A DNA stretch of 64,000 nucleotides from Sphingomonadales bacterium (GCA_965227345.1 OZ245755.1:769084-833083); one strand, 5' to 3'. Shown: positions 1 through 9,824, counted from the stretch's first letter. The notes: a model not told the origin generated them from the letters alone. Translations and numbers: made by a program.

Positions 1-746
1 TTTCGGTATCGATCGGCCTCAGCTACAACAAGTTTCTGGCCAAGGTTGCTTCTGATCTGGACAAGCCTCGCGGATTTGCAGTCATCGGACGCGCAGAAGC
101 CACGGATTTTCTGGCCAAACAGCCCGTCAAGCTGATCTGGGGCGTTGGCAAGGCACTGGAGAAAAAGCTGGCGGGCAATGGGATCACCCGGATCAGTCAG
201 CTACAGCAGATGAAAGAAGTTGATCTGATGCGCCGTTACGGGGTCATGGGGCAGCGCCTGTATCGACTTTCAAGGGGCGAAGACCACCGCCATGTCAGCC
301 CGGACCATGCCGCCAAAAGCATCTCTGCTGAACGGACCTTTGACACTGATATTAACGACAGTTCCACATTGGAAAAGGCACTTTGGCCCCTGTGTGAAAA
401 GGTATCCCGAAACCTGAAACGCCAGACTTTGGCAGCGAGTACTGTTACTGTAAAACTCAAGACCGCTGACTTTCGTCTGCGCACCCGCTCAATCACTCTT
501 GAATCACCCACGCAACTTGCGGGTGTTCTGTTCTTGCATGCAACGCACCTTCTGGGCAAGGAAACAACGGGTACGGCCTTCCGGTTGCTGGGTATTGGTG
601 CCGGCGATCTTTGCGGCGCAGCACATGCTGATCCGCCGGACCTGGCAGACCCTTCCCGACAACGAAAACGGGAAGAAGAACAGGCAATCGACAAGATTAG
701 AAGCCGGTTCGGCAATCATATTGTTGGCAAGGGCCGGAACCTGTAA
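1..746 (+). CDS. dinB: DNA polymerase IV (Y-family), 3' part; the 5' end lies outside the window
   Basis: Frame 3 is open from the window edge. It reads SVSIGLSYNKFLAKVASDLDKPRGF...VKLIWGVGKALEKKL, typical of Pol IV. ORF-track 210..746 is the tail of the same frame. Confidence 0.85.
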   Translation, partial: SVSIGLSYNKFLAKVASDLDKPRGFAVIGRAEATDFLAKQPVKLIWGVGKALEKKLAGNGITRISQLQQMKEVDLMRRYGVMGQRLYRLSRGEDHRHVSPDHAAKSISAERTFDTDINDSSTLEKALWPLCEKVSRNLKRQTLAASTVTVKLKTADFRLRTRSITLESPTQLAGVLFLHATHLLGKETTGTAFRLLGIGAGDLCGAAHADPPDLADPSRQRKREEEQAIDKIRSRFGNHIVGKGRNL

Positions 747-934
747 GGGTCGGTAAAATATGCCTGATATGTAATTTTTACCCCCTGTTGCCCGCTCTCA
801 ACCCAAGGAATTCCGCCAATCCTTCCTGACAAAATAATGGCACAAGAATTGCTTATATCTTTGTGGGAATATTTGAACGCATTCGATCTATACCAGACCG
901 AACAAGGAATGCAGATTTATAAAAGGGCGGAATA

Positions 935-1618
935 ATGCAGCAGTCGACAAAACTTGCTCCCACAATTGATAACGAGCTCAACCCTTATGTGGGCAAAATG
1001 GCAAGCCGGTTAATGCGGTCATTTACATCAGATATGGATTCCGACCGCTGGGTGCTTGTCACCGAAATCCTGGGATTTGCCGCCGAAGCAGAACAAAAGC
1101 TGGGCGAACAGAAAGTCAGGATCAACCAGCTTGAATCTCTTGCCTCCACAGACGAATTGACAGGCCTGGCAAATCGGCGTGGCATGGAAGATTTCATGAA
1201 GAAATCCCTGGCCAACGCCCGACGCTACAATGAAACCGGATGCCTCGCCTATATTGACCTTGATCATTTCAAACTGATCAATGATACATGGGGCCATGAT
1301 GCAGGCGATGCCGTATTGCAGCGGGTAGCCCGCCTGTTGACAGACAATGTTCGCGCATCAGATCTGGTTGCGCGTGTTGGTGGTGATGAATTTGTGATCA
1401 TCCTCTCAAGGTGCGCTCTGGACGGCGGTCAGGCCCGTCTTGCGAAAATCCAGAAAAAGCTGGATGCCGCCACGGTCAGGTTTCACGGCCACAAGATACA
1501 TATGGGCGGCAGCATAGGTCTGACAACATTTAACAAAACAACGCGTCTGGAAGATCTTCTGAAGGCAGCCGACGCCAATATGTATGCCAACAAACGGGCC
1601 CGCGCGCCCCGGCATTAA
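935..1618 (+). CDS. GGDEF-domain diguanylate cyclase
   Basis: 227 aa. It has an intact GGDEF motif (RVGGDEFVIIL) and an RxxD I-site (RASD) five residues upstream. The N-terminus is short and coiled-coil-like, with no obvious sensor domain. Confidence 0.85.
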   Translation: MQQSTKLAPTIDNELNPYVGKMASRLMRSFTSDMDSDRWVLVTEILGFAAEAEQKLGEQKVRINQLESLASTDELTGLANRRGMEDFMKKSLANARRYNETGCLAYIDLDHFKLINDTWGHDAGDAVLQRVARLLTDNVRASDLVARVGGDEFVIILSRCALDGGQARLAKIQKKLDAATVRFHGHKIHMGGSIGLTTFNKTTRLEDLLKAADANMYANKRARAPRH

Positions 1619-1726
1619 TAATATTCTCCAAATTTGGGATTTTGTCCTCCACATTCATATAAGTTCTTTCTCTGACTTCAATTTCCGACTAATCTCTGAC
1701 GCGAAAATAACCGCCTGGAGATAAAC

Positions 1727-2197
1727 ATGACCGAGACAATTGAAAGCCGCCTTAAAGGGGCAAATATTACCCTGCCAACACCTGCCGCGCCCGTGGCAAA
1801 CTATGTCCCTTTTGTAAAGTCAGGCAATCTGGTCATGATTTCCGGGCAATTGCCCCTTGAAAATGGCAAGCTTTTTGCCACCGGCAAGCTGGGCCGGGAT
1901 GTTAGCCTTGAAGACGGTGTCAAGGCAGCCCGCCTGTGCGGGATAGGTCTTATTGCGCAGTTGAGAGCCGCTTGCGACGGCGATCTTGAGCGGCTTGTAC
2001 GGGTTGTCAAGCTGGGGGCGTTTGTCGCCTGCGCAGACGATTTCAGCCAGCAACCCGTTGTTGTCAATGGCGCCTCTGACCTGATGGTTGAAATCTTTGC
2101 TGATGCCGGACGCCATGCGCGGTCTGCTGTAGGCACCAATGCCCTGCCCCTGAATGCACCAGTTGAAATCGATGGCATTTTTGAAATTCGCTCATGA
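1727..2197 (+). CDS. RidA/YjgF/L-PSP family protein
   Basis: 156 aa. Family-typical segments include ISGQLP...GKL and HARSAVGTNALPLNAPVEIDGIFEI near the C-terminus. Confidence 0.8.
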   Translation: MTETIESRLKGANITLPTPAAPVANYVPFVKSGNLVMISGQLPLENGKLFATGKLGRDVSLEDGVKAARLCGIGLIAQLRAACDGDLERLVRVVKLGAFVACADDFSQQPVVVNGASDLMVEIFADAGRHARSAVGTNALPLNAPVEIDGIFEIRS

Positions 2198-2948
2198 GAG
2201 ACAACGTCGCGACAAGGCTGCTGAATGGCTGACAGCCGAGCCCTTCGCCCATCGCGGCCTGCACGGTCGGGGGCGCGCGCCTGTGGAAAACTCCATGTCT
2301 GCCTTTAAGGCGGCGGCGAAAAAAGGCTATGGTATCGAGCTGGATGTGCAATGTTCACGTGATGGCGTGGCCATGGTCTTTCATGACCTGACCCTTGACC
2401 GGTTAGCCGATGCCAGAGGACGGGTCGACCAGTACACTGCCCGGGAATTGCAGAAAATAAAACTGAGAAACAGTCACGATACTCTTCTGCCATTGCATGA
2501 TGTTCTTGAAGAACTGGGCCCGGACACCCCTGTTCTGGTCGAGGTAAAGGGTGAACGTGATACCAGTGGAATCCTTGAATTATCGGTGGCAGGCAGTGTT
2601 GTCGAGCGGCCCGCGCGCACGGCTGTCATGTCATTCTGGCCTCAAAGCCTCGGCTGGTTCTCCAGACACACACCTCATCTGACGCGGGGCCTGGTTGCAA
2701 CCTCACGCTATGCTGCTGATCTGGGCCTGACGATCTGCCGTGCAAACAATCAACGCCTGGTCACCACATTGTGTGAACCCGACTTCATTGCCTATGATAT
2801 AAAGGCACTGCCAAACGGCTTTACCACCTGGGCACGCGGGCAAGGGCTACCGGTCCTGACATGGACCGTCCGCTCGCCAGCTGACCATAGTCGGGCAGAA
2901 GCCTACGCGGACAATATTATATTTGAGGAACAACGGGCGATCGTTTGA
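2154..2948 (+). CDS. Glycerophosphodiester phosphodiesterase family protein (start uncertain: 2154 or 2172)
   Basis: GDPD hallmarks are present: FAHRGLHG...ENSMSAFKAAAKKGYGIELDVQCSRDGVAMVFHD. The 5' end overlaps the RidA-like gene and neither ATG has a clear Shine-Dalgarno motif. Confidence 0.8.
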   Translation: MHQLKSMAFLKFAHERQRRDKAAEWLTAEPFAHRGLHGRGRAPVENSMSAFKAAAKKGYGIELDVQCSRDGVAMVFHDLTLDRLADARGRVDQYTARELQKIKLRNSHDTLLPLHDVLEELGPDTPVLVEVKGERDTSGILELSVAGSVVERPARTAVMSFWPQSLGWFSRHTPHLTRGLVATSRYAADLGLTICRANNQRLVTTLCEPDFIAYDIKALPNGFTTWARGQGLPVLTWTVRSPADHSRAEAYADNIIFEEQRAIV

Positions 2949-4090
2949 CCCACACAACCCGAATTATTGACAGAATTTCTGCCGTTGACGCCGCAAGCTG
3001 GGATGCCTGCAATGGCGGAGATAATCCCTTCACCCGTCACGCATTCCTGAACGCCCTCGAGGTCTCCGGCTGCGTCAGGGCTGAAACAGGCTGGATGCCC
3101 CAGCATATTATCGCTGAAGACAAAAGCGGTAACATTTCCGGCGTCATGCCGCTTTACATGAAAAGCCATTCGTATGGCGAATATGTGTTTGATCACAGCT
3201 GGGCCAATGCCTATGAACAGGCAGGTGGACGATATTATCCAAAGCTGCAGTCTTGTGCACCTTTCTCACCGGTAACCGGGCCCCGGCTTCTGATCCATCC
3301 ACAATCTGATACTGAAAATGTGGGCCGGGCACTATTGAATACGGCGATTGCCCGGGCCGAAGAGCTGAATTTATCCTCTCTCCACATTACCTTCATGCGG
3401 GAAGATCAATGGGCATTTTCAAAATCCAGTGACTTTCTCCAAAGAGTGGATCAGCAGTTCCATTGGGAGAACAGGGGATACCGTCATTTTGACGACTTTC
3501 TGGAAGACCTTTCTTCGCGCAAACGGAAAAATATTCGCAAAGAAAGGCGTGAGGCCCTGGCCCATGATATCAAAATCGAAATTTTGTCCGGTGATCAAAT
3601 CACCGAAGCCCATTGGGATGCCTATTTCCAGTTTTATCTCGACACAGCCAACCGGAAGTGGGGGCAACCCTATCTTAATCGCGCCTTTTTCAGTGCCGTA
3701 GGCGCCGCAATGGCCGATCAGATTGTCCTGATGCTGTGCAAAAGGTCCGGGCATTATATCGCCGGGGCCCTTAATTTTAAAAATGCAGATACATTATACG
3801 GCCGCTATTGGGGCTGTATTGAAGACCATCGCTTTCTGCATTTCGAAGTTTGTTATTATCAGGCCATCGACTATGCCATACAACACGGGCTGAAGCGGGT
3901 TGAGGCCGGGGCGCAAGGTGAACACAAACTGGCACGCGGCTACCTGCCCCATAAAACCTATAGCGCCCACTGGGTCAGAGACCCTGGTTTCAGGGCGGCA
4001 GTGGCCCGGTTTCTGGACCAGGAACGCACTGCCGTTGATCACCAGATTGATATTCTGGACGATTACTCACCCTTTAAAAAGGCACCGTAA
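2945..4090 (+). CDS. DUF482 / FemAB-like GNAT-fold protein (COG3146 type)
   Basis: 381 aa. The N-terminus IDRISAVDAASWDACNGGDNPFTRHAFLNALEVSGCV and the length are typical of this conserved family of unknown function. The TTG start overlaps the upstream stop (TTGA). Confidence 0.7.
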   Translation: MTHTTRIIDRISAVDAASWDACNGGDNPFTRHAFLNALEVSGCVRAETGWMPQHIIAEDKSGNISGVMPLYMKSHSYGEYVFDHSWANAYEQAGGRYYPKLQSCAPFSPVTGPRLLIHPQSDTENVGRALLNTAIARAEELNLSSLHITFMREDQWAFSKSSDFLQRVDQQFHWENRGYRHFDDFLEDLSSRKRKNIRKERREALAHDIKIEILSGDQITEAHWDAYFQFYLDTANRKWGQPYLNRAFFSAVGAAMADQIVLMLCKRSGHYIAGALNFKNADTLYGRYWGCIEDHRFLHFEVCYYQAIDYAIQHGLKRVEAGAQGEHKLARGYLPHKTYSAHWVRDPGFRAAVARFLDQERTAVDHQIDILDDYSPFKKAP

Positions 4091-4097
4091 AGAGCGG

Positions 4098-4772
4098 TTA
4101 GGCTGCCTTAACCCGGCGCCGTGCCAGTAAACCGACAGCCAGAAGTCCAAGCCCAAAAATACCCGCCATGCCAGGCGCAGGCACCGACAGGCCATCGTCA
4201 AACTCCAGCCTCACAACATAAAAACTGTAATATTCAATACCGCCGAGGTTACCAAACTGAAAGTAATTTGCGCTCACGGCTTCATCCAGCTGCACGGAAC
4301 AGATCGTATCTGCGCAGGTTGCCGTACCGATTCCCAATCCGTCTGATGCAACACCTGTATGTGCGACATCATTTTCCATATCCGCGTTAAAAAAGCCCAT
4401 GTTGACAATATCGCCTTCCAGCACACCGCCAAATGCCACACCGGTCAGATACATCGGTGTATCAAAATCAAATTCGATATTCAGGGTTTCCAGCCGTCCG
4501 TCACTGTCAATGGCGGCATCCGGATCGATCGGTACCCCATTCTGCCTGTCCTGAACACCCAACCCAAGGGGGCCAAAAGTCACGCGTTCAAAAAGGCTCT
4601 CCCCGGCCCAGCCAAGAGCACTGACCCCGATACCATTATCAACATATTCCAGTGGCCTGGCCTCCCCATACAGAGGCGCAGTAAAATCAAAGACAACCGG
4701 CGCCGCTGTTGCAGACCCCATCACCCCTGCGCCGATCGCAAGACCCGCGATATACCTGACTAAATTTTTCAT
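4098..4772 (-). CDS. Secreted protein with a PEP-CTERM / VPLPA-CTERM-type C-terminal sorting signal
   Basis: The N-terminal signal peptide is MKNLVRYIAGLAIGAGVMGSATAAP. The C-terminus is VPAPGMAGIFGLGLLAVGLLARRRVKAA, i.e. a Pro motif, a hydrophobic helix and an Arg cluster. Confidence 0.7.
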   Translation of the reverse strand: MKNLVRYIAGLAIGAGVMGSATAAPVVFDFTAPLYGEARPLEYVDNGIGVSALGWAGESLFERVTFGPLGLGVQDRQNGVPIDPDAAIDSDGRLETLNIEFDFDTPMYLTGVAFGGVLEGDIVNMGFFNADMENDVAHTGVASDGLGIGTATCADTICSVQLDEAVSANYFQFGNLGGIEYYSFYVVRLEFDDGLSVPAPGMAGIFGLGLLAVGLLARRRVKAA

Positions 4773-4997
4773 AATTATCTCCTGCCTGTAATTAAATGCA
4801 ATTATTGCGAGTAATCACGAGCAAAATCTATGCCAGGTTGTATTTATGGTTAGCAATCACACTCTTAGGTAAATATCAAATTTTATAAACTTAAAAAGTG
4901 TAAAAAATATCGACAATACTATTTTTGTTAGTATTCTGGTTTTGGAAAGGGAATTTTGAATATTGAGGCATCAATCAAGGGGAGCCCCTACCCGTCG

Positions 4998-6011
4998 TTA
5001 TAAAGCTGTTTTCACCTCAGCCGGTGTAGCAGGCACCTCGCAGCTTTCGCGCCCCCTGCCGCCCCGTAAAACGGCCTGAAACGGGTATATTATCTGGCGC
5101 AGGAATGTCTGGAACACATCAGATGGTCTGGCGCTTTGCTCAACCGGATAATTCACATCCACAATGCCGGTCTCGGGATATTCGTCATATTTGCGATACT
5201 GGGTGCCAAAGATAAAATCCCATATACTCAGAGAAACGCCAAAATTCTTGTCTATATGCTCGGGCAGACAGGAATGATGAATACGGTGGGACTGCGGCGT
5301 AACGAGTATATACCGCAACGGCCCGTAATTTGTCCGCACGTTCGAATGTGCCAGCAAGTCAACCACCAGCTTGAACATGTACAGCATGACAGCTTCGCCC
5401 AGCAACTGGTGGAAAAACATCAGGGGCAAAAAGCGGATATGAGAAGAGAAGATCAGGTCAATTGCGTGAAATCTGTAACGTGAAAATATATTGAAATGCC
5501 GTGTCGAGTGATGCACCGCATGAAATTGCCAGATGGCGGCAATCTTGTGGCGCAGCAGATGGTGAAACCACCCGATAAAGTCGCCAAACACAAAAACGGC
5601 CAGTACAACAAGCATATCCGGCACGCCCTGAACGGGTTCCAGAACGGGTCCGTGCAAAACATGATCATACAGATATTTCAGGTACCCCAGATAGGGCAGT
5701 GTAATAATCAGATAGAACGGTGTGCGGAAAAACATATAGAAAAAATCCAGCGCCGTGCTGGCGTCGCGGTATCGGCTGCCCTGAACCGCTGGCAGAAATA
5801 TCTGCAGCACGATGACCAGCCCGAAAGCCGAGTAAAACCACGGGTTCAGAATATCATCCATATATTCGCCGTGAAACGACCAATAGGCTTTCTGTAACAA
5901 CCCGTAGACATGCGCCCCGGTATCGGGCGCCATGGCAGCAAGCCACGTCCCCCACGTGACAAACCCAAAAATCAGGAGACCATTAATATATACTGCACGC
6001 GGTGAAAGCAT
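4998..6011 (-). CDS. Fatty acid hydroxylase / sterol desaturase superfamily membrane protein
   Basis: 337 aa with multiple N-terminal TM segments. It has three His boxes (HHLLRH, HAVHH, HRIHH) characteristic of di-iron membrane hydroxylases (COG3000). Confidence 0.8.
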   Translation of the reverse strand: MLSPRAVYINGLLIFGFVTWGTWLAAMAPDTGAHVYGLLQKAYWSFHGEYMDDILNPWFYSAFGLVIVLQIFLPAVQGSRYRDASTALDFFYMFFRTPFYLIITLPYLGYLKYLYDHVLHGPVLEPVQGVPDMLVVLAVFVFGDFIGWFHHLLRHKIAAIWQFHAVHHSTRHFNIFSRYRFHAIDLIFSSHIRFLPLMFFHQLLGEAVMLYMFKLVVDLLAHSNVRTNYGPLRYILVTPQSHRIHHSCLPEHIDKNFGVSLSIWDFIFGTQYRKYDEYPETGIVDVNYPVEQSARPSDVFQTFLRQIIYPFQAVLRGGRGRESCEVPATPAEVKTAL

Positions 6012-6101
6012 AAACTCCGCCCCCTTTCAGGAGCGGAGTTTACCAAAGATCAGGTAAATTTTGTCTAAAAAAAACCAAAGCTTACTTCAACAGACCGTCG
6101 A

Positions 6102-8441
6102 TTAGCTTGCCGCTTCTTCTTTCGGCTTGACCTTGCGGCGTGGTTTTTTCCCCACTGATTTGGCTGGTGGTGCGGCCGACGTAAATTCAAAGGCCAGTTC
6201 ATCACCTTTCAACTTGACCAGCACTTCGCCCCCCTTCACCAGCTTGCCAAACAACAACTCGTCCGCCAGAGGCTTCTTGATATGCTCCTGGATAACACGG
6301 CCCAACGGCCGGGCCCCGTATAATGGATCATACCCCTTGCGCCCCAGCCACTCCTTGGCCTGCGTCGTCACATTAAAGTGAACATTCCTGTCTGAAAGCT
6401 GCAGTTCCAGCTCCAGTACAAATTTCTCAACAACCCGCGAGATGACTTCAGGTGACAGGTTGGCGAATGGAATGATGGCATCCAGACGGTTCCTGAATTC
6501 TGGTGTAAAGGTTCGTTTTATGGCTTCCTCGTCCTCACCTGCCCGGCCTTCGCGACCAAAGCCGATGGCCGCCTTGCTCAGTTCCTGTGCGCCGGCATTG
6601 GTCGTCATGATCAGCACAATGTTACGGCAATCCACTTCCTTGCCGTTATTGTCTGTCAGCTTGCCATTGTCCATAACCTGCAGCAGGATATTGAATACAT
6701 CAGGATGAGCCTTTTCAATCTCGTCCAGCAAAACCACCGAATGCGGGTGCTGATCCATCGCATCGGTCAGCAGGCCACCCTGATCAAACCCCACATAGCC
6801 CGGAGGGGCCCCGATCAGGCGCGAGACTGAATGCCGCTCCATATATTCCGACATGTCAAACCGATGCAGCTTAACACCCATCAGACTGGCCAGCTGGCGG
6901 GCAACTTCGGTCTTTCCAACCCCTGTGGGGCCGGAGAACAAATAACACCCTATGGGCTTCTGAGGCTCACGCAGGCCAGCCCGCGCCAGCTTAATTGCAC
7001 CCGAAAGCGCATCAATGGCAGGATTCTGACCGAAAACGACCCTTTTCAGATCGGTATCCAGCGACTGAAGGTTTTCCATATCGCTTTTCGATACTGATTT
7101 TGGCGGGATCCGGGCGATCTTCGCCACCACGGTTTCCACATCCTTGACACTGATTGTTTTTTTGCGCCGCGATGGGGCCAGCAGCATTTGGGCCGCCCCA
7201 ACCTCGTCAATAACATCAATGGCCTTGTCCGGCAGTTTGCGATCTGTGATATAGCGCGCCGCCAGCTCCACCGACGCCCGGATGGCGTCATGGGTATAGC
7301 GTACCTTGTGATGTTCCTCGAAATAGGGTTTCAGACCTTCCATGATTTTCACAGAATCCTCGACCGTAGGCTCATGCACATCAATCTTCTGGAACCGGCG
7401 CAACAGGGCCCGATCCTTTTCAAAATAAGACCGGTATTCCTTGTAGGTTGTCGATCCCATACATTTAATTGTTCCGCTGGCAAGCGCTGGCTTCAACAGG
7501 TTGGATGCATCCATTGCACCGCCACTGGTTGCGCCCGCCCCGATGATGGTGTGTATCTCGTCAATAAACAGGATCGCCCCGTCATATTCTTCGGCTTCCT
7601 TTATTACGGCCTTCAACCGTTCTTCAAAGTCGCCGCGATACCGGGTGCCTGCCAGCAATACGCCCATATCCAGAGAAAATATCGTGGCATCCTGCAAAAC
7701 TTCAGGCACAGCCCCCTCATCAATCTTGCGGGCCAGACCTTCTGCTATGGCTGTCTTGCCAACACCCGGGTCCCCCACATAAAGCGGGTTGTTCTTCGAG
7801 CGACGGCAAAGAACCTGAATGGTTCGCTCAACCTCTGCTTCACGACCAATAAGTGGATCGATCTTTCCGTCACGGGCCTTGATGTTCAGGTTAACGCAAT
7901 AGGTATCAAGTGCGCTTGAGGGCTTGGCCTGCCCGCCTGCTGATCGCTCATTTACCTGCTCTTCCGCGCCACGAACCGGTTTGGCATCACCAAATCCGGC
8001 GGCCTTGGCCACCCCGTGCGAAATATAGCTGACGGCATCGAGCCGGGTCATATCCTGCTGTTGCAGAAAATATACCGCATGGCTTTCCCGTTCCGAGAAC
8101 AGGGCCACCAGCACGTTGGCCCCAGTCACTTCTTCACGACCCGAACTTTGCACATGCAGGATAGAGCGCTGAATAACCCGCTGGAAGCCAGCAGTGGGGG
8201 AAGCCTCAAGCCCGGCCCGGTCACTAACCAGATTGATCAATTCCGTGTCCAGATACTCGCTCAACTGTGACCGCAGAACCTCAATATCAACATCACAGGC
8301 CTGCAGGACGGACCTGCTGTCCTGATCCTCAAGCAATCCCATCAACAGATGTTCAAGGGTTGCATATTCATGATGACGCTCATTGGCTTCTGCCAGTGCG
8401 CGGTGCAATGTCTGTTCCAGGTTACGCGAAAAAGTCGGCAC
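6102..8441 (-). CDS. clpA: ATP-dependent Clp protease ATP-binding subunit ClpA
   Basis: 779 aa with a Clp N-domain and two AAA+ modules (GDPGVGKT and GPTGVGKT Walker A). It lies immediately downstream of clpS. Confidence 0.97.
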   Translation of the reverse strand: MPTFSRNLEQTLHRALAEANERHHEYATLEHLLMGLLEDQDSRSVLQACDVDIEVLRSQLSEYLDTELINLVSDRAGLEASPTAGFQRVIQRSILHVQSSGREEVTGANVLVALFSERESHAVYFLQQQDMTRLDAVSYISHGVAKAAGFGDAKPVRGAEEQVNERSAGGQAKPSSALDTYCVNLNIKARDGKIDPLIGREAEVERTIQVLCRRSKNNPLYVGDPGVGKTAIAEGLARKIDEGAVPEVLQDATIFSLDMGVLLAGTRYRGDFEERLKAVIKEAEEYDGAILFIDEIHTIIGAGATSGGAMDASNLLKPALASGTIKCMGSTTYKEYRSYFEKDRALLRRFQKIDVHEPTVEDSVKIMEGLKPYFEEHHKVRYTHDAIRASVELAARYITDRKLPDKAIDVIDEVGAAQMLLAPSRRKKTISVKDVETVVAKIARIPPKSVSKSDMENLQSLDTDLKRVVFGQNPAIDALSGAIKLARAGLREPQKPIGCYLFSGPTGVGKTEVARQLASLMGVKLHRFDMSEYMERHSVSRLIGAPPGYVGFDQGGLLTDAMDQHPHSVVLLDEIEKAHPDVFNILLQVMDNGKLTDNNGKEVDCRNIVLIMTTNAGAQELSKAAIGFGREGRAGEDEEAIKRTFTPEFRNRLDAIIPFANLSPEVISRVVEKFVLELELQLSDRNVHFNVTTQAKEWLGRKGYDPLYGARPLGRVIQEHIKKPLADELLFGKLVKGGEVLVKLKGDELAFEFTSAAPPAKSVGKKPRRKVKPKEEAAS

Positions 8442-8511
8442 AATTAATATCCATGTATCTGGTGTTAAAACACAACCCCTCCTAAGGGATACTCTACTCC
8501 TTAAACCTCCG

Positions 8512-8841
8512 CTACTCTTTCTCTAGCGTGCATTGCAGCGGATGCTGGTTTTTACGGGCATGCTCGGTGACTTCAACCACTTTGGTTTCAGCCACCTCAT
8601 ATGTATATACGCCGCAAATTCCCACACCCTTCTGATGAATGTGGAGCATAATGCGCATTGCCTCTTCCTGAGACTTGCGAAATATCTGCTCCAGCACGTT
8701 AACGACAAACTCCATTGGCGTATAATCGTCATTCAACAAAAGCACTTTATACATCGAGGGACGCTTTGTTTTCGGTGCTGGCCTGGTCAGAAGCCCCTGC
8801 CGAATACCCGTGCCCTCCTGATCTTCGCGATCATCACTCAT
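8512..8841 (-). CDS. clpS: ATP-dependent Clp protease adaptor ClpS
   Basis: 109 aa with the core [24 protein letters not shown]...[10 protein letters not shown]. It lies upstream of clpA. Confidence 0.95.
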   Translation of the reverse strand: MSDDREDQEGTGIRQGLLTRPAPKTKRPSMYKVLLLNDDYTPMEFVVNVLEQIFRKSQEEAMRIMLHIHQKGVGICGVYTYEVAETKVVEVTEHARKNQHPLQCTLEKE

Positions 8842-8991
8842 CCGTCTGGTTCACTCACTTTTGATTCTATACGTATAAGATAGAACGTTTAGATCCAAAA
8901 AAAAGGGATTCACACGTTTGATCAAGTAAATTTTACTATAATGTATGTTGGTTAAAAATATCTCAAACGTTCCAAACTGGCAGAAATACAA

Positions 8992-9065
8992 GACAAATAA
9001 ACAATAAGCGGGGCCCGACCTGACATCGAACCCCGCTTATTTTCAGTTTCCGCTTCAGGCGGAAA
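8992..9065 (-). terminator. Tandem hairpins downstream of the phasin gene; the distal one has a U-rich tail
   Basis: The first hairpin is tttccgc/gcggaaa (9047-9065). The second is taagcgggg/ccccgctta (9005-9039), followed on the minus strand by TTATTGTTTATTTGT. Confidence 0.5.
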
Positions 9066-9086
9066 TATTTTTCACAAGCTATCAGC

Positions 9087-9593
9087 TTATGCGGCAAACT
9101 GCTTTTTTACAGTCTCAACATTCGTATTTACACGATCGCTGATTGGTTCCATTGATTCAGCGGCCAAAGCTTTCGTCATTTCACTCAGCTTGGTCGCTTC
9201 TTTTACAACGTCTTCATAACGGCTTTTGAAGATTTCATTCTGGGTCTGGAAAAATTCCTGAGGTGTTTTTACAGTCGTCAAGGCTTTCATCGCCGCGACA
9301 TTTCCTTCAAACAACTTCTTGGTGAACCCAAAAAACTCAGTGTTGATTGTCTCAAGGTTTTTTGCGGCAAGAGTTCCAGAAGCAACAACAGCTTCAGCGT
9401 TTTCCTTACCATAAGCTGTTACATCGCTATAACCCTTGACGAGTTCTTCAATGTGTTTTCCGCCGGACCCAAAACTCTGCTCAAAGTTCTTCTGGAACGC
9501 CTGAGTTGAGGTTTTGATAAAACTCTCAAAGTTTTCCTGACCAGCTTTAACAGTAGCTTCAAATGTATCCTGAGTAGTTTTCCTGGTAGCCAT
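9087..9593 (-). CDS. Phasin family protein (PHA granule-associated)
   Basis: 168 aa, all-helical and Ala/Lys/Glu/Thr/Phe-rich with no Cys or Trp. The pattern (FE..VKAGQENFE.F...) resembles alphaproteobacterial Phasin_2 proteins. Assignment is by composition and pattern only. Confidence 0.65.
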   Translation of the reverse strand: MATRKTTQDTFEATVKAGQENFESFIKTSTQAFQKNFEQSFGSGGKHIEELVKGYSDVTAYGKENAEAVVASGTLAAKNLETINTEFFGFTKKLFEGNVAAMKALTTVKTPQEFFQTQNEIFKSRYEDVVKEATKLSEMTKALAAESMEPISDRVNTNVETVKKQFAA

Positions 9594-9684
9594 ATCTGAT
9601 TGCTCCTAAAAATCCAAATTCTGCAAATCTGTTTACAGTGTGATCAGGGGCTTCCCCCGCCTCAGCGCCTAATGTACAATTTTA

Positions 9685-9765
9685 TTGCACTGCAACATAA
9701 CTGGTAATTTAGTATTTTAAGGAGAAAAGTCAATATATTTTTTTGCACTGCACAATTTATTGTGC
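9685..9765 (-). promoter_or_regulatory. Candidate operator region upstream of the phasin gene (repeated TTGCACTGCA palindrome plus a GCACAAT/ATTGTGC inverted repeat)
   Basis: TTGCACTGCAA sits at 9685-9695 and TTGCACTGCA at 9743-9752. A perfect 7-bp inverted repeat, GCACAAT-TT-ATTGTGC, sits at 9750-9765. All lie about 90-170 nt upstream of the phasin ATG. Confidence 0.3.
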
Positions 9766-9824
9766 GTGACATAATAATATCATGGGACAAGGTATGAGTG
9801 GCTTTTGGCCTTCCGGGTACCAGG

